NCBI GenBank assembly: GCA_000165345.1
Contig: CM000435.1
Span: forward strand, 672,001 to 736,000
Direction: 5' to 3'
DNA: 64,000 nt
The notes under the pieces were generated by a model. The model searched no databases. It saw only the letters and a program-made list of their open reading frames with translations, and was not told where the DNA came from. The translations under genes were made by a program, and so were the position numbers. Shown in pieces: positions 9,594 through 19,315 of the stretch; within the stretch, counting starts at the first letter, position 1, and each line of letters begins with the position of its first letter.

Positions 9594-12500
9594 ATGAGAG
9601 AAATTGCCTTAAATAATATTGAATTAGAAAGACGGCCAAATTGGTGGAGAGGAAGTGAATCTGAAAATATTTTGGACCCATACTTTAAGAAGCCAATTTA
9701 CTCGGGCAAATCTAAGTTTAATTTTTTCCCAAAATTTTTAAAAGACAATATGAAATGGTTTAAAAATAGAATTCCATCAAATAATACTAATGACGATTAT
9801 TCTCAACTTAATGAGTATGATAAGAAGGCTATAATAGAATTTAGCAAACAGCAAAAAATAACTCAGGGACAAGAATCTTCACGATATAAATATATTTCGC
9901 CGTATTCTGAATATCTTTTGGAAAGATTAAAATGGAAGATTGCACTTCGAATTTACTACACACTAGATCCTAATGACAAAGGATATATAGAATTAGAACA
10001 TTCCAAGAAATTATTATTTGAAATGCTGAAGGTCGACACGGAAAAGGCACAAACACTCCTTTTGTTACTTGAAACTATTAAACCTTTCTATGCAAAGGAT
10101 GGATGCGTTGAAAAAAATGATATAATTATTTACTTGGCGAGGGAAATTTTCGATGACACAAGAGGGTATGGGCTTTTTTCAAAACTGAACAACATATTTA
10201 AAAATCCAATTAGTAGATCAAAAAAGCGGAATAATGATTGCTTTATCAATGGTTTTCAAGATGTTTATATGCCAAATAAAAAGCAAATATGTTTTTCTTC
10301 TGATCCAAACGCGATAAAGTTAAATGAAACAAATGTTAAGCAAAGTAATTCAAAAGACACAAATTATAATTGTACTTATTGTCAAAACAAAAATAAAGCT
10401 TGTATAACGTGCAAAATGAAAAAAAATTGCACTGGAAAATTAAGAGATCACATAAAGATCAGTGAAGATAGAAAAAGAAAGTTGATTGAGCGAATTAAAG
10501 AAGAAAAAAAAGAAATTAATGACAAAAATATGCTAGAATGCACATTTAAACCAGAAATTTTATGGCCAATTGGGAAATTTATAAATAAAAATAACAAAAG
10601 TTGGTTAAAGAACAAGAAGAATTTGAAAGGATCAAAGCTACCTCAAGAAAAAAAAAATGAAATATGCGGATATGAAATAATTAATGAGCAGAATATAGAA
10701 GATAAAAATATTCAAGTTTTTTTAAATCAAGGTTACTATTTTGATTCACTTAATAATTGGAATGGATATATACATGATAGTATTACAAATCAAGTTTATG
10801 TTATACATAAGGGATATTTTATGGATGATCACAATGTAGACAAAAATGAAATTTTCTATAGAAAAACAGACAAGGAGGAACAGAAGGAAATTCGGAATAA
10901 AATGCTGGATTCAATCATGAGGAAAATAAATATCGAGTTTCAAACTCTAGAAAATAATGAAAATGGCAATGAGAAAAAAAAATCATTAAATTTTGGAACA
11001 AAGAAATTAGTAGATAAACTTAGAGCTGAAAGAGAAACTGGAACTAATGACCCAAGATTAAATACACCAGAATTTACAATAGAAGTTAATCATCCTGAGT
11101 TCGTTGAGAAAATTGTTGATTTTAGTGAAATTAAGCCTTACAAAAATGTAACAAATCATGAAGATTCTGAAATCAAGAGAGAATATTCAACAAGCCCTTG
11201 TTATTATTATCTTCCAAGAGGATACGAAAGAATAGGTAATTGTTTTAATGAAATCCGGTTTAGGAGAAAACTTGATTTTTTAAAAGATAGTGTACGAGAT
11301 AACCGAAACATTGATACAAATAATAGTTCAAATCTGAAGGTGAAATCAAATTCATTTATAAACAAAGAATTTAATACGAAGAACAGTTCTTTATGTTTAG
11401 ATGAAAAGCCAGCTGGCTTAATCGAAGATACAAAAATGTCGAAAATTTTTAATAAATCAGCAAAAATTGATCCATCATCTCTAAAAGATTTAAATAAAAT
11501 TGTTGGTGCTGGCCAAAGTAAAAATGTTCAAGTTGAAAGTTTAGGAGGGTTAAAAAAAAATAATGGTTTAGATCAACACTTGCTCCTTAAAAGCCCATCA
11601 AAAAATGAGACGAACATAATTGGTTCTCATGTAAATGATGAAAGCGATTTTCAAAAAGGAAGTATTTTAGCTACCAAATTTAAGAAAGAATTAGAAGCTT
11701 CAATTAAAACAAAGAATAGTTTAAAAGTTTCATCAAAGATTGATTCCTCAATACATCTAATAAAAAAAGAAGCTGATACTTCAATTCAAACAAAGAGTAA
11801 CCTTAAAATTCCTCCAATAAAGAAAGAAGCTGATACTTCAATTCAAACAAAGAGCAAACTTAAAATTCCTCCAAAGAAAGATTTGTCAACACCTCCAGTA
11901 AAGAAAGAAGCTGATACTTCAATTCAAACAAAGAGCAACCTTAAAATTCCTCCAAAGAAAGATTTTTCAACACCTCCAATAAAGAAAGAAGCTGATACTT
12001 CAATTCAAACAAAGAGTAACATAAGAATTCCTCCAAAGAAAGATTTTTCAACACCTCCAATAAAGAAAGAAGCTGATACTTCAATTCAAACAAAGAGTAA
12101 CCTTAAAATTCCTCCAGTAAAGAAAGAAGCTGATACTTCAATTCAAACAAAGAGCAACCTTAAAGTTCCTCCAAAGAAAGATTTTTCAACACCTCCAATA
12201 AAGAAAGAAGCTGATACTTTAATTCAAACAAAGAAAAGCCTTGTTATTCCACCAAAGAAAGATTCCTCAGTACCTGTAATGAGCAAAGAAGCTGATACTC
12301 CAATCCCAATAAAGAATAATTTAAAAATTCCATCAAAAATAAATCCTTCGATGCCTCCAATAAAGAGAGTAGTTGTTACTTCGACTCAAGCAATGAACTG
12401 CCTTAAAATTCCACAAATGGAAGCAGCATCAGTACCTCCAATTAAGAAAGAAGTTGATACTTCAATTCAAACAAAAAAAAGCCTTATTATTCCACCAAAG

Positions 12501-13421
12501 AAAGATGCCTCAGTACCTGTAATGAACAAAGAAGCTGATACTTCAATTCAAACAAAGAGCAACCTTAAAATTCCTCCAAAGAAAGATTTGTCAACACCTC
12601 CAGTAAAGAAGGAAGCTGATACTTCAATTCAAACAAAGAGTAACCTTAAAATTCCTCCAAAGAAAGATTTTTCAACACCTCCAGTAAAGAAGGAAACTGA
12701 TACTTCAATTCAAACAAAGAGCAACCTTAAAATTCCTCCAAAGAAAGATTTTTCAACACCTCCAGTAAAGAAGGAAGCTGATACTTCAATTCAAACAAAG
12801 AGCAACCTTAAAATTCCTCCAAAGAAAGATTTTTCAACACCTCCAGTAAAGAAGGAAGCTGATACTTCAATTCAAACAAAGAGCAACCTTAAAATTCCTC
12901 CAAAGAAAGATTTTTCAACACCTCCAGTAAAGAAGGAAGCTGATACTTCAATTCAAACTAAGAGTAACCTTAAAATTCCTCCAAAGAAAGATTTTTCAAC
13001 ACCTCCAATAAAGAAAGAAGCTGATACTTCAATTCAAACAAAGAGCAACCTTAAAATTCCTCCAAAGAAAGATTTTTCAACACCTCCAGTAAATAAGGAA
13101 GCTGATACTTCAATTCAAACAAAGAGTAACCTTAAAATTCCACCAAAGAAAGATTTTTCAACACCTCCAATAAAGAAAGAAGCTGATACTTCAATTCAAA
13201 CAAAGAGTAACCTTAAAATTCCTCCAAAGAAAGATTTTTCAACACCTCCAGTAAAGAAAGAAGCTGATACTTCGATTCAAACAAAGAGTAACATAAGAAT
13301 TCCTCCAAAGAAAGATTTTTCAACACCTCCAATAAAGAAAGAAGCTGATACTTCAATTCAAACAAAGAGTAACCTTAAAATTCCACCAAAGAAAAATGGT
13401 TTAGTAACATCATTAAATTAG
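9594..13421 (+). CDS. Large Lys/Pro/Thr-rich tandem-repeat protein (1275 aa); unique N-terminal approx 700 aa, then about 22 copies of a 27-aa unit
   Basis: ATG verified at 9594. The C-terminal half is built of KKEADTSIQTKSNLKIPPKKDFSTPPV units (81 nt). There is no N-terminal signal peptide. Confidence 0.65.
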   Translation: MREIALNNIELERRPNWWRGSESENILDPYFKKPIYSGKSKFNFFPKFLKDNMKWFKNRIPSNNTNDDYSQLNEYDKKAIIEFSKQQKITQGQESSRYKYISPYSEYLLERLKWKIALRIYYTLDPNDKGYIELEHSKKLLFEMLKVDTEKAQTLLLLLETIKPFYAKDGCVEKNDIIIYLAREIFDDTRGYGLFSKLNNIFKNPISRSKKRNNDCFINGFQDVYMPNKKQICFSSDPNAIKLNETNVKQSNSKDTNYNCTYCQNKNKACITCKMKKNCTGKLRDHIKISEDRKRKLIERIKEEKKEINDKNMLECTFKPEILWPIGKFINKNNKSWLKNKKNLKGSKLPQEKKNEICGYEIINEQNIEDKNIQVFLNQGYYFDSLNNWNGYIHDSITNQVYVIHKGYFMDDHNVDKNEIFYRKTDKEEQKEIRNKMLDSIMRKINIEFQTLENNENGNEKKKSLNFGTKKLVDKLRAERETGTNDPRLNTPEFTIEVNHPEFVEKIVDFSEIKPYKNVTNHEDSEIKREYSTSPCYYYLPRGYERIGNCFNEIRFRRKLDFLKDSVRDNRNIDTNNSSNLKVKSNSFINKEFNTKNSSLCLDEKPAGLIEDTKMSKIFNKSAKIDPSSLKDLNKIVGAGQSKNVQVESLGGLKKNNGLDQHLLLKSPSKNETNIIGSHVNDESDFQKGSILATKFKKELEASIKTKNSLKVSSKIDSSIHLIKKEADTSIQTKSNLKIPPIKKEADTSIQTKSKLKIPPKKDLSTPPVKKEADTSIQTKSNLKIPPKKDFSTPPIKKEADTSIQTKSNIRIPPKKDFSTPPIKKEADTSIQTKSNLKIPPVKKEADTSIQTKSNLKVPPKKDFSTPPIKKEADTLIQTKKSLVIPPKKDSSVPVMSKEADTPIPIKNNLKIPSKINPSMPPIKRVVVTSTQAMNCLKIPQMEAASVPPIKKEVDTSIQTKKSLIIPPKKDASVPVMNKEADTSIQTKSNLKIPPKKDLSTPPVKKEADTSIQTKSNLKIPPKKDFSTPPVKKETDTSIQTKSNLKIPPKKDFSTPPVKKEADTSIQTKSNLKIPPKKDFSTPPVKKEADTSIQTKSNLKIPPKKDFSTPPVKKEADTSIQTKSNLKIPPKKDFSTPPIKKEADTSIQTKSNLKIPPKKDFSTPPVNKEADTSIQTKSNLKIPPKKDFSTPPIKKEADTSIQTKSNLKIPPKKDFSTPPVKKEADTSIQTKSNIRIPPKKDFSTPPIKKEADTSIQTKSNLKIPPKKNGLVTSLN
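11683..13400 (+). repeat. In-frame tandem array of 81-nt units (about 22 copies, some 54-nt short variants). The 3' copies are nearly identical and the central copies are degenerate.
   Basis: Repeats are directly visible in the nucleotide sequence (AAAGAAGCTGATACTTCAATTCAAACAAAGAG(C/T)AACCTTAAAATTCCTCCAAAGAAAGATTTTTCAACACCTCCA...) and in the protein (KKEADTSIQTKSNLKIPPKKDFSTPPV). Confidence 0.85.
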
Positions 13422-14314
13422 GAGGCTAGTAGTCAATTCCCAGGCAGAAATAACATAAAAGTTCACAATAAATTAGCTCAATAATAGATTAAGATAGGAC
13501 ATTAATTACCAATTAAACAATTTTAGACATAAAAACTATTTCTTGAAAATAATTTGGATAATATTTATTGGAATTAGCTTGAATAAAAGTTCGAAAAAAA
13601 TTCAAATATTAATTTCAGAGTAATAACTAGTTAACAATGACTAAAAATAAAGAATTTATTTTTGGGTTTAAAATAATAAATTTATTACCTTTTAGCTTTC
13701 TCGAGGAATGATAATATGTCTTGAAGATCATTACATTAATTCTAAGACGATTATTTCAAACTCAAGAATATTAAGCAAAGGAGACAATGACCACTTTAAT
13801 TGAAAGAATAAAACATATTCAATAGGTAGTTTAATAATTTCCTTTATAGTTAAATCGTAAAAAAATCAATATAATAACGGCCAACTTACAGCGTATTAGA
13901 AATAATCATCTTGGTCTAAATCTAAGATTAAGAAAAGAAGTTGCATTAGAGAATGAATAATTGCTTAAATCATGGAGATAGGAAATAAGGATAAATTCCA
14001 TTTGAAATTGAAGAGAGCTTTTACGAGAAATCGAATTGATGCCATCATATTATTAATAAATTAAGAAATTGTAAGTAAATTTCTTGATTTTATATAAGTT
14101 TATTAAACATGTGAATAAATATGAAAATGCTATGTATTTGAATTCATTTATTTTGCCCGGGGTGATAATTAGTTTTAATAAAAATGTAAAATAAAAAAAT
14201 TTGAAAAGAACAAAAAGGAATTTTTTGCATTCTTTTATTCTTGTTCAACCTATTTAAATATTTATAATTATAGTTATTGATAAGTTCTTATTTATATTTC
14301 CAAGTTTATTAGAA

Positions 14315-14761
14315 ATGCAGGATGAATTTGTTGATCACAAGTTGGAGACGGAATTATTTTCTATTCTATCTCCTGAACTATTAAATGAAATAATGATTGA
14401 GGAATTCCCTCACATAAGACTAGGACCTTCTGTTTCACAGGTTTTAACGACTTTGACAAACGGATTTATTCAAGACGTTGTTAAGAACTCATACATAATT
14501 TCTAAACACAAAAATCACTCCGAAGTCCAAGCTGATGATATACTAGTTTATTTAAGAATGAAATACCCTGATACTAAGCTAGAAGAGTTTTGTGAAACTA
14601 TTTCACAAAGGAAAGAAGGAAGGAGCGGAGCTGGCACTTTAGAAAGTGAGGAGGGCAATGCTGTAAGTAATAGTGGATTACTATCGATTAAATTATTTAA
14701 TACAGAGAGATTTAAAAGTAATTCAAAAATAATCAACAATTTGCGGAATAGTTCAATTTAA
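14315..14761 (+). CDS. Small histone-fold protein, TAF13-like (TFIID subunit 13 / SPT3-N-like)
   Basis: SQVLTTLTNGFIQDVVKNSYIISKHKNHSEVQADDILVYLRMKYPDTKL aligns with TAF13 ...ILEDLVIEFITEMTHKAMSIGRQGRVQVEDIVFLIRKDPRKF, giving a helix-loop-helix-loop-helix histone fold. ATG verified. Confidence 0.5.
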   Translation: MQDEFVDHKLETELFSILSPELLNEIMIEEFPHIRLGPSVSQVLTTLTNGFIQDVVKNSYIISKHKNHSEVQADDILVYLRMKYPDTKLEEFCETISQRKEGRSGAGTLESEEGNAVSNSGLLSIKLFNTERFKSNSKIINNLRNSSI

Positions 14762-14843
14762 GCCTGAAGGCAGATATAAGTTTTAACATTAAAGATAAGC
14801 GGCTCTTTTTATAATAATTACACGAAGTTTAGGAATTTTCAAA

Positions 14844-15860
14844 TTGTTATCAAAAATAGAAGAAAGAAGGATCAGCCAAAGGCTGAAGCAGATCAACATA
14901 GCAAAGAATAGCGTTGGATATCAAAGGTACACAACTGCGGTGAGAAAAAATGAAAGGAAGAGAGAGTTAAGTTTTACTTGGCATCCTTCTACCCCAGATC
15001 CATACTCAAATACAAGTAAATCATGCTTTTCAGGTAGATTAAAAGAATGGAAATTGAGATTACATCTTTGGGGAAATCTTGATGATCTAGAATATAGTAA
15101 TCTAATTCAAAACAACTTAAAATTCCCACCTGGAGCAAATTCAAACCCTTTTAGTAAAGTCAATTATTTTGAAAATATTTTAGATAATGGTAATGACAAT
15201 ACGAATGAGTCATCACTTAAGTTTATTAGGTTCTCTGAACTCAGAATCTCTCCAATTAGTTTTTCCGGACAAAATTCGTTAATCAAAACTAACAGAGGCG
15301 AACGAATTAGCAAATCAGATTCTCTAGTAAATTCGATCAAGTTGTCTAGAAAAATCTTGTTGCCAAAAGTAATGGATTGTGAGAAAAGCCATGATATTAT
15401 GAAATATATCACTCTTTTCATTCCAGATAATTACAAAGGCATGCTGATATGGAAATCAACTAATTTTATACGTCATTGTGATATTATCCTTACAGCACAC
15501 AAACACCGTCTGAAAATCTTAAAGCATGGTTTATCTCTATTCGAATTTAACAAGAGGTATAATATCGATGTTTCTGGGCTAGCACACAACTCAAACAATT
15601 TTCTGAAGGATATTCAAATTAGTATATCCGGTATTGATAGCAACTCTAATAAATTATGCAAATTAAGTGATAAGCCATATAAAAACATCTGTACTCTAAT
15701 AAGTCACCAAAAAATGATTAGTCATTTTTCAAAAAAAGTAGTTTTGACTCAAAACAAGTTATTTGGTTTCAGAGAGCAAGACGTATTCAAGCTGTCTTTT
15801 GCCTATCACCCTTCCTCTATCATTTACTACAAGATCCTAGAAAAGCTACATAAGAGTTAA
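14844..15860 (+). CDS. SLBP: Histone mRNA stem-loop binding protein (SLBP)-like RNA-binding domain protein. The 5' end is unresolved: the open frame has no ATG before the RBD.
   Basis: RLKQINIAKNSVGYQRYTTAVRKNERKRELSFTWHPSTPDPYSNTSKSCFSGRLKEWKLRLHLWGN matches the SLBP RBD ([22 protein letters not shown]...[31 protein letters not shown]). The track start at 14844 is TTG, the frame opens at 14799 after TAA, and the first in-frame ATG is about 175 codons downstream, after the RBD. Confidence 0.6.
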   Translation: MLSKIEERRISQRLKQINIAKNSVGYQRYTTAVRKNERKRELSFTWHPSTPDPYSNTSKSCFSGRLKEWKLRLHLWGNLDDLEYSNLIQNNLKFPPGANSNPFSKVNYFENILDNGNDNTNESSLKFIRFSELRISPISFSGQNSLIKTNRGERISKSDSLVNSIKLSRKILLPKVMDCEKSHDIMKYITLFIPDNYKGMLIWKSTNFIRHCDIILTAHKHRLKILKHGLSLFEFNKRYNIDVSGLAHNSNNFLKDIQISISGIDSNSNKLCKLSDKPYKNICTLISHQKMISHFSKKVVLTQNKLFGFREQDVFKLSFAYHPSSIIYYKILEKLHKS

Positions 15861-16086
15861 TTACACCAGCACCAATTTCTGTGATAGAATATGAATAATC
15901 CTATGCTCAACGTTTCTAATAAAAAGTCATTTGCGGGAATATTTTACGAATATCACAATATGAGGAAACTAATTTACTGGGTGGGGGGACTGAGGGGATC
16001 TTCCAAAACTTCCGGAACTAAGAGTTTTATATTTTTTACACAATTTTTTGAAAATATTTCTGTTTCAATTCTCGGGGTGTTTAATA

Positions 16087-17028
16087 ATGTGTCTAAGCGG
16101 AGAACATTCAGGTGCTGCATTGTACAAAGTAAATTCCAGTTTAAGTAATCGAAAAAACATTATTATTCACCCAATTGTGCTTTTATCAATTGTAGATCAT
16201 TATAATAGGATTGCAAAGGGTACTTCAAAAAGGGTAGTTGGCACATTGCTAGGAGAACTTCATGATGAAGATGGAATTCACGTTACAAATAGTTACGCTT
16301 TACCTTTTGAGGAGGATTCAAGGGACCCAATGGTTTGGTATCTAGATCACAATTATCATGAACAAATGTATTTAATGTTTAAAAAGATCAATACAAAAGA
16401 GAAAATCATTGGTTGGTACAGCACTGGCCCCAAAACCAAGGTTGTTGATATCGATATACATGAGTTATTTAGAAAATATTGCCCTGACCCATTATATTTA
16501 ATTGCTGATGTAACTGCGGATGATTTTGAATATTTGTCAAGTCCAATTAGCGCTTATTTTTCAATGGACGAACCCAATAGTGTCTTAAAGAAAAAGTTTG
16601 CGCATGTTCCATGTACGATTGGCGCATTCGAAGCAGAGGAAGTTGGTGTGGAACACCTATTGAGAGACCTTAAAAATACGTCAACCTCTACTCTTATTAC
16701 GCAAATTTCAGATACAATTAACTCTTGTAAAATACTTGTCTCTAAATTAAAAGAATCCAAAAACTATTTGAATGATATAGTTGAAGGTAGGATACCTCCA
16801 AATCACAGCATTATTTCTGTCCTTCAAGATATTTTTAACTTGCTTCCAGACTTGAGAGAGCCAGAAGCGATTTATGCATTTTCAAATAGGTATGCGGATA
16901 TGATTCTAACAATATATGGGATGAGTTGCTTACGTTCTGTGCTTTCTATGAATGACCTAGTCAATAATGTTTCCGAGAATAGGACAGCCTTTGAAGCGAG
17001 TATGAAAACTTGTAACTCTGATTTATAG
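16087..17028 (+). CDS. RPN8: 26S proteasome regulatory subunit Rpn8 (PSMD7), MPN domain
   Basis: [32 protein letters not shown]...[20 protein letters not shown] is nearly identical in pattern to human PSMD7 ([20 protein letters not shown]...[20 protein letters not shown]). The track start at 16048 is TTG, and the first ATG is 16087. Confidence 0.8.
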   Translation: [313 protein letters not shown]

Positions 17029-17160
17029 TTGATTATTAGAATATTAAGTATATTTCATTAATGCCTTTTTAACATTTAAATCTTCCTTTTACGCATATTG
17101 GCGCTAATTAACGTGCCACTGTAAAAAGAAATAAATAAGAATAAATGAGTCAAATAGTAA

Positions 17161-19164
17161 ATGTCTAGAGAAACGAGTAAGATCAGGTTTTTATCGCTCT
17201 CAAGGAGGTCATGTTTGAATGATGTAGTAAAAAATTTCATCATTCAATGCAGTAGCCATAGTGACCACGAGATAATTGCAAAGTTTGGAGAAATAAAGGG
17301 GTATTATTCCAGAATGAGCATAAATTTACCAGTTGCATGTGACTGTATTCTTGAACATGGCTCAAGCGATTACAAATTTGAAGAAAAAATTGGAAGAAAA
17401 CAGCAAAGCTATTTGATTGAAAGAATTATCCGAGCAAACAGAGAATCATGGCTGGTTGCAGAAAAAGTAGGCATTGATTTATTCTTCGAGGAAAAATATT
17501 CTAATGGAACAGTTTCAATTGATAACAATGGAGATAAGTCTTCATTTTGTGAACTGAACCTTGGCGAAGTCGTCGTTTATAAACCAAAATCTAAAGTTCA
17601 TTTTACTATTACTGGTATTTCAAGGTCAACGATTGATCAACCTAAATCAGATATTCCATTATCTAGATATAAAAAAAGCGTCATTAGCTGGAACTTTCAA
17701 AGAAAGTCTGGCAGTGCATATCCTTTTTGGGATTTAAAGATAATTAACGTAATAAGCTCCTCTGAAAGAAAGCGCAGAAGGGAAGAGCATTATGATATGC
17801 GCAATGACTTGACTGAAGGAAGTTCGCCAGATAGTTATTCGAAGGATGAAAATGACGACGAGGACGAGTATTGGATGGTTGTATTTTCAGGTAATAAGCA
17901 ACTGATATCCAAACATGTTGATTTATATAATAAAGGACAAATAAATGGACTAGATAGAATTACAAATGAGCTTATATATAATTCATCGCTCATAGCAAAA
18001 TATTTGGATGAAGCAATTTCTAGTAATTCTTGTAATATTTATCCCATAAGCTACTATTACCCAAATTTTTTTGGTGATATTACTACTTCAATTAGAGCAC
18101 ACTACAATATGAAAAAAATACAAAATGCTGATTATTCAATCATAGGGGGTTTGAGAAAGTATAATAATGAGGTAAAAAGAGCATTAATAGATCAATATTT
18201 TGAGAGACAATTGAAATATAGACAAAATAGGCATTTAAGCGTATTAGATTTAGCATGTGGGCATGGGCAAGACATACTTAAATTTAAAGGGAAGAAAATA
18301 AGTCGTCTTATCGGGATAGATATTTCTGCAGAAGAAATTTCTGAAGCAAGGCACCGTTTAAAGAGATACGAAAATTCTTTAAACTTCTCCGTTGAGTATC
18401 ATGTTGGGAATCTGCTTTCGAGAACAACATATTCAAAAATTTTGAAAAACTATACATTCGAAATTATTTCGATACAACTATCAATGCATTATATGCTTAT
18501 CAATGAGGAAACATCACTAGAATTTTTGAGGAACATATCAAACTATCTAAAACCTGGTGGGTTTTTTATTGGTTCTACAATTTCATGCGACCATATATTT
18601 TATTCTATGAAACAAAACTCAGTTAAGATAAACCTTAATGAAAACACCGAAGATGCTAACGATTCAAATGGAAACTTAAATAACACAAAATATGTGAGTG
18701 GAAACTCAATTTATAAAATTTCATTTAGTTGTGATGATTGGGATAAATATTTTTCAGACAATATTGATTTGGAGAGAGGAATCAAACTTTTCAGAACTGA
18801 GTGGGGTATTAAGTACGACTTCTGGTTAATTGAGCATATCAATCAATACGAATATGTTGTGCCTTGGGAGTCATTTTGCGGCCTTGCAAGCAAAGTTGGC
18901 CTAGAGCTTGTCCAGTATTCAGATTTTCCAAGTTTCACTGAATTTACACAAAAAAACTTTCCAAATATTAGATTCTCTAACTGGTTAAATAACCCCAAGA
19001 ATTCTGGGTTAATTACCCAACCTGAAAACGAAGTATTTGGTCTTTATTGTGTGTTCGCATTCAAGAAAATTGAAAATAGTAATATTAATTTAGATGAGCA
19101 AGGGATTACATGTGACTTTCAGTTATCTAAAAATTTGACATCCGGCTTTAAAATTAAGAGATAG
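17161..19164 (+). CDS. mRNA cap guanine-N7 methyltransferase (C-terminal half) with an approx 330-aa N-terminal extension
   Basis: AdoMet motif I is VLDLACGHGQDILKF (compare RNMT VLDLGCGKGGDLLKW), and the C-terminal GLYCVFAFKK matches RNMT GIYLVFAFEK. ATG verified. Confidence 0.75.
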   Translation: MSRETSKIRFLSLSRRSCLNDVVKNFIIQCSSHSDHEIIAKFGEIKGYYSRMSINLPVACDCILEHGSSDYKFEEKIGRKQQSYLIERIIRANRESWLVAEKVGIDLFFEEKYSNGTVSIDNNGDKSSFCELNLGEVVVYKPKSKVHFTITGISRSTIDQPKSDIPLSRYKKSVISWNFQRKSGSAYPFWDLKIINVISSSERKRRREEHYDMRNDLTEGSSPDSYSKDENDDEDEYWMVVFSGNKQLISKHVDLYNKGQINGLDRITNELIYNSSLIAKYLDEAISSNSCNIYPISYYYPNFFGDITTSIRAHYNMKKIQNADYSIIGGLRKYNNEVKRALIDQYFERQLKYRQNRHLSVLDLACGHGQDILKFKGKKISRLIGIDISAEEISEARHRLKRYENSLNFSVEYHVGNLLSRTTYSKILKNYTFEIISIQLSMHYMLINEETSLEFLRNISNYLKPGGFFIGSTISCDHIFYSMKQNSVKINLNENTEDANDSNGNLNNTKYVSGNSIYKISFSCDDWDKYFSDNIDLERGIKLFRTEWGIKYDFWLIEHINQYEYVVPWESFCGLASKVGLELVQYSDFPSFTEFTQKNFPNIRFSNWLNNPKNSGLITQPENEVFGLYCVFAFKKIENSNINLDEQGITCDFQLSKNLTSGFKIKR

Positions 19165-19210
19165 CCCTATATTTTCGGTTATTCGCAAAGCTATAATTAG
19201 CGCAATTGAT

Positions 19211-19223
19211 GCGGTACCGCCAT
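19211..19223. promoter_or_regulatory. GC box GCGGTACCGCCAT upstream of MCM5
   Basis: Direct reading. It is nearly identical to GCCGCTACCGCCAT at 33001-33014, upstream of the Cys-rich gene. Confidence 0.35.
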
Positions 19224-19315
19224 CCCCACATTTTTTTGAAATTATATTTCTGAATAATGCTGCAATATAAGCAAATTAATTAATAAATTTCGTGTGACTA
19301 TATAACCCTTTTATT

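Noticed and set aside
11683-13400. Tandem repeat array as a possible CRISPR/satellite
   Set aside because: The units are contiguous with no spacers, they are in-frame, and they encode a repeated peptide inside a long ORF in a eukaryotic context. It is a coding minisatellite.
14663-14832. Perfect GTAAGTAAT donor at 14663 as a simple phase-0 intron joining the histone-fold ORF to the SLBP frame
   Set aside because: No AG in the permissible window (14799-14860) lies in phase 0. Only the weaker GTGAGG donor or a 5-nt ATGCT mini-exon keep frame, so both are kept as open alternatives in the findings.
15891-16148. 85-aa track ORF upstream of and overlapping the Rpn8 start
   Set aside because: It is in a different frame with no conserved features, and the Rpn8 homology begins at the 16087 ATG.
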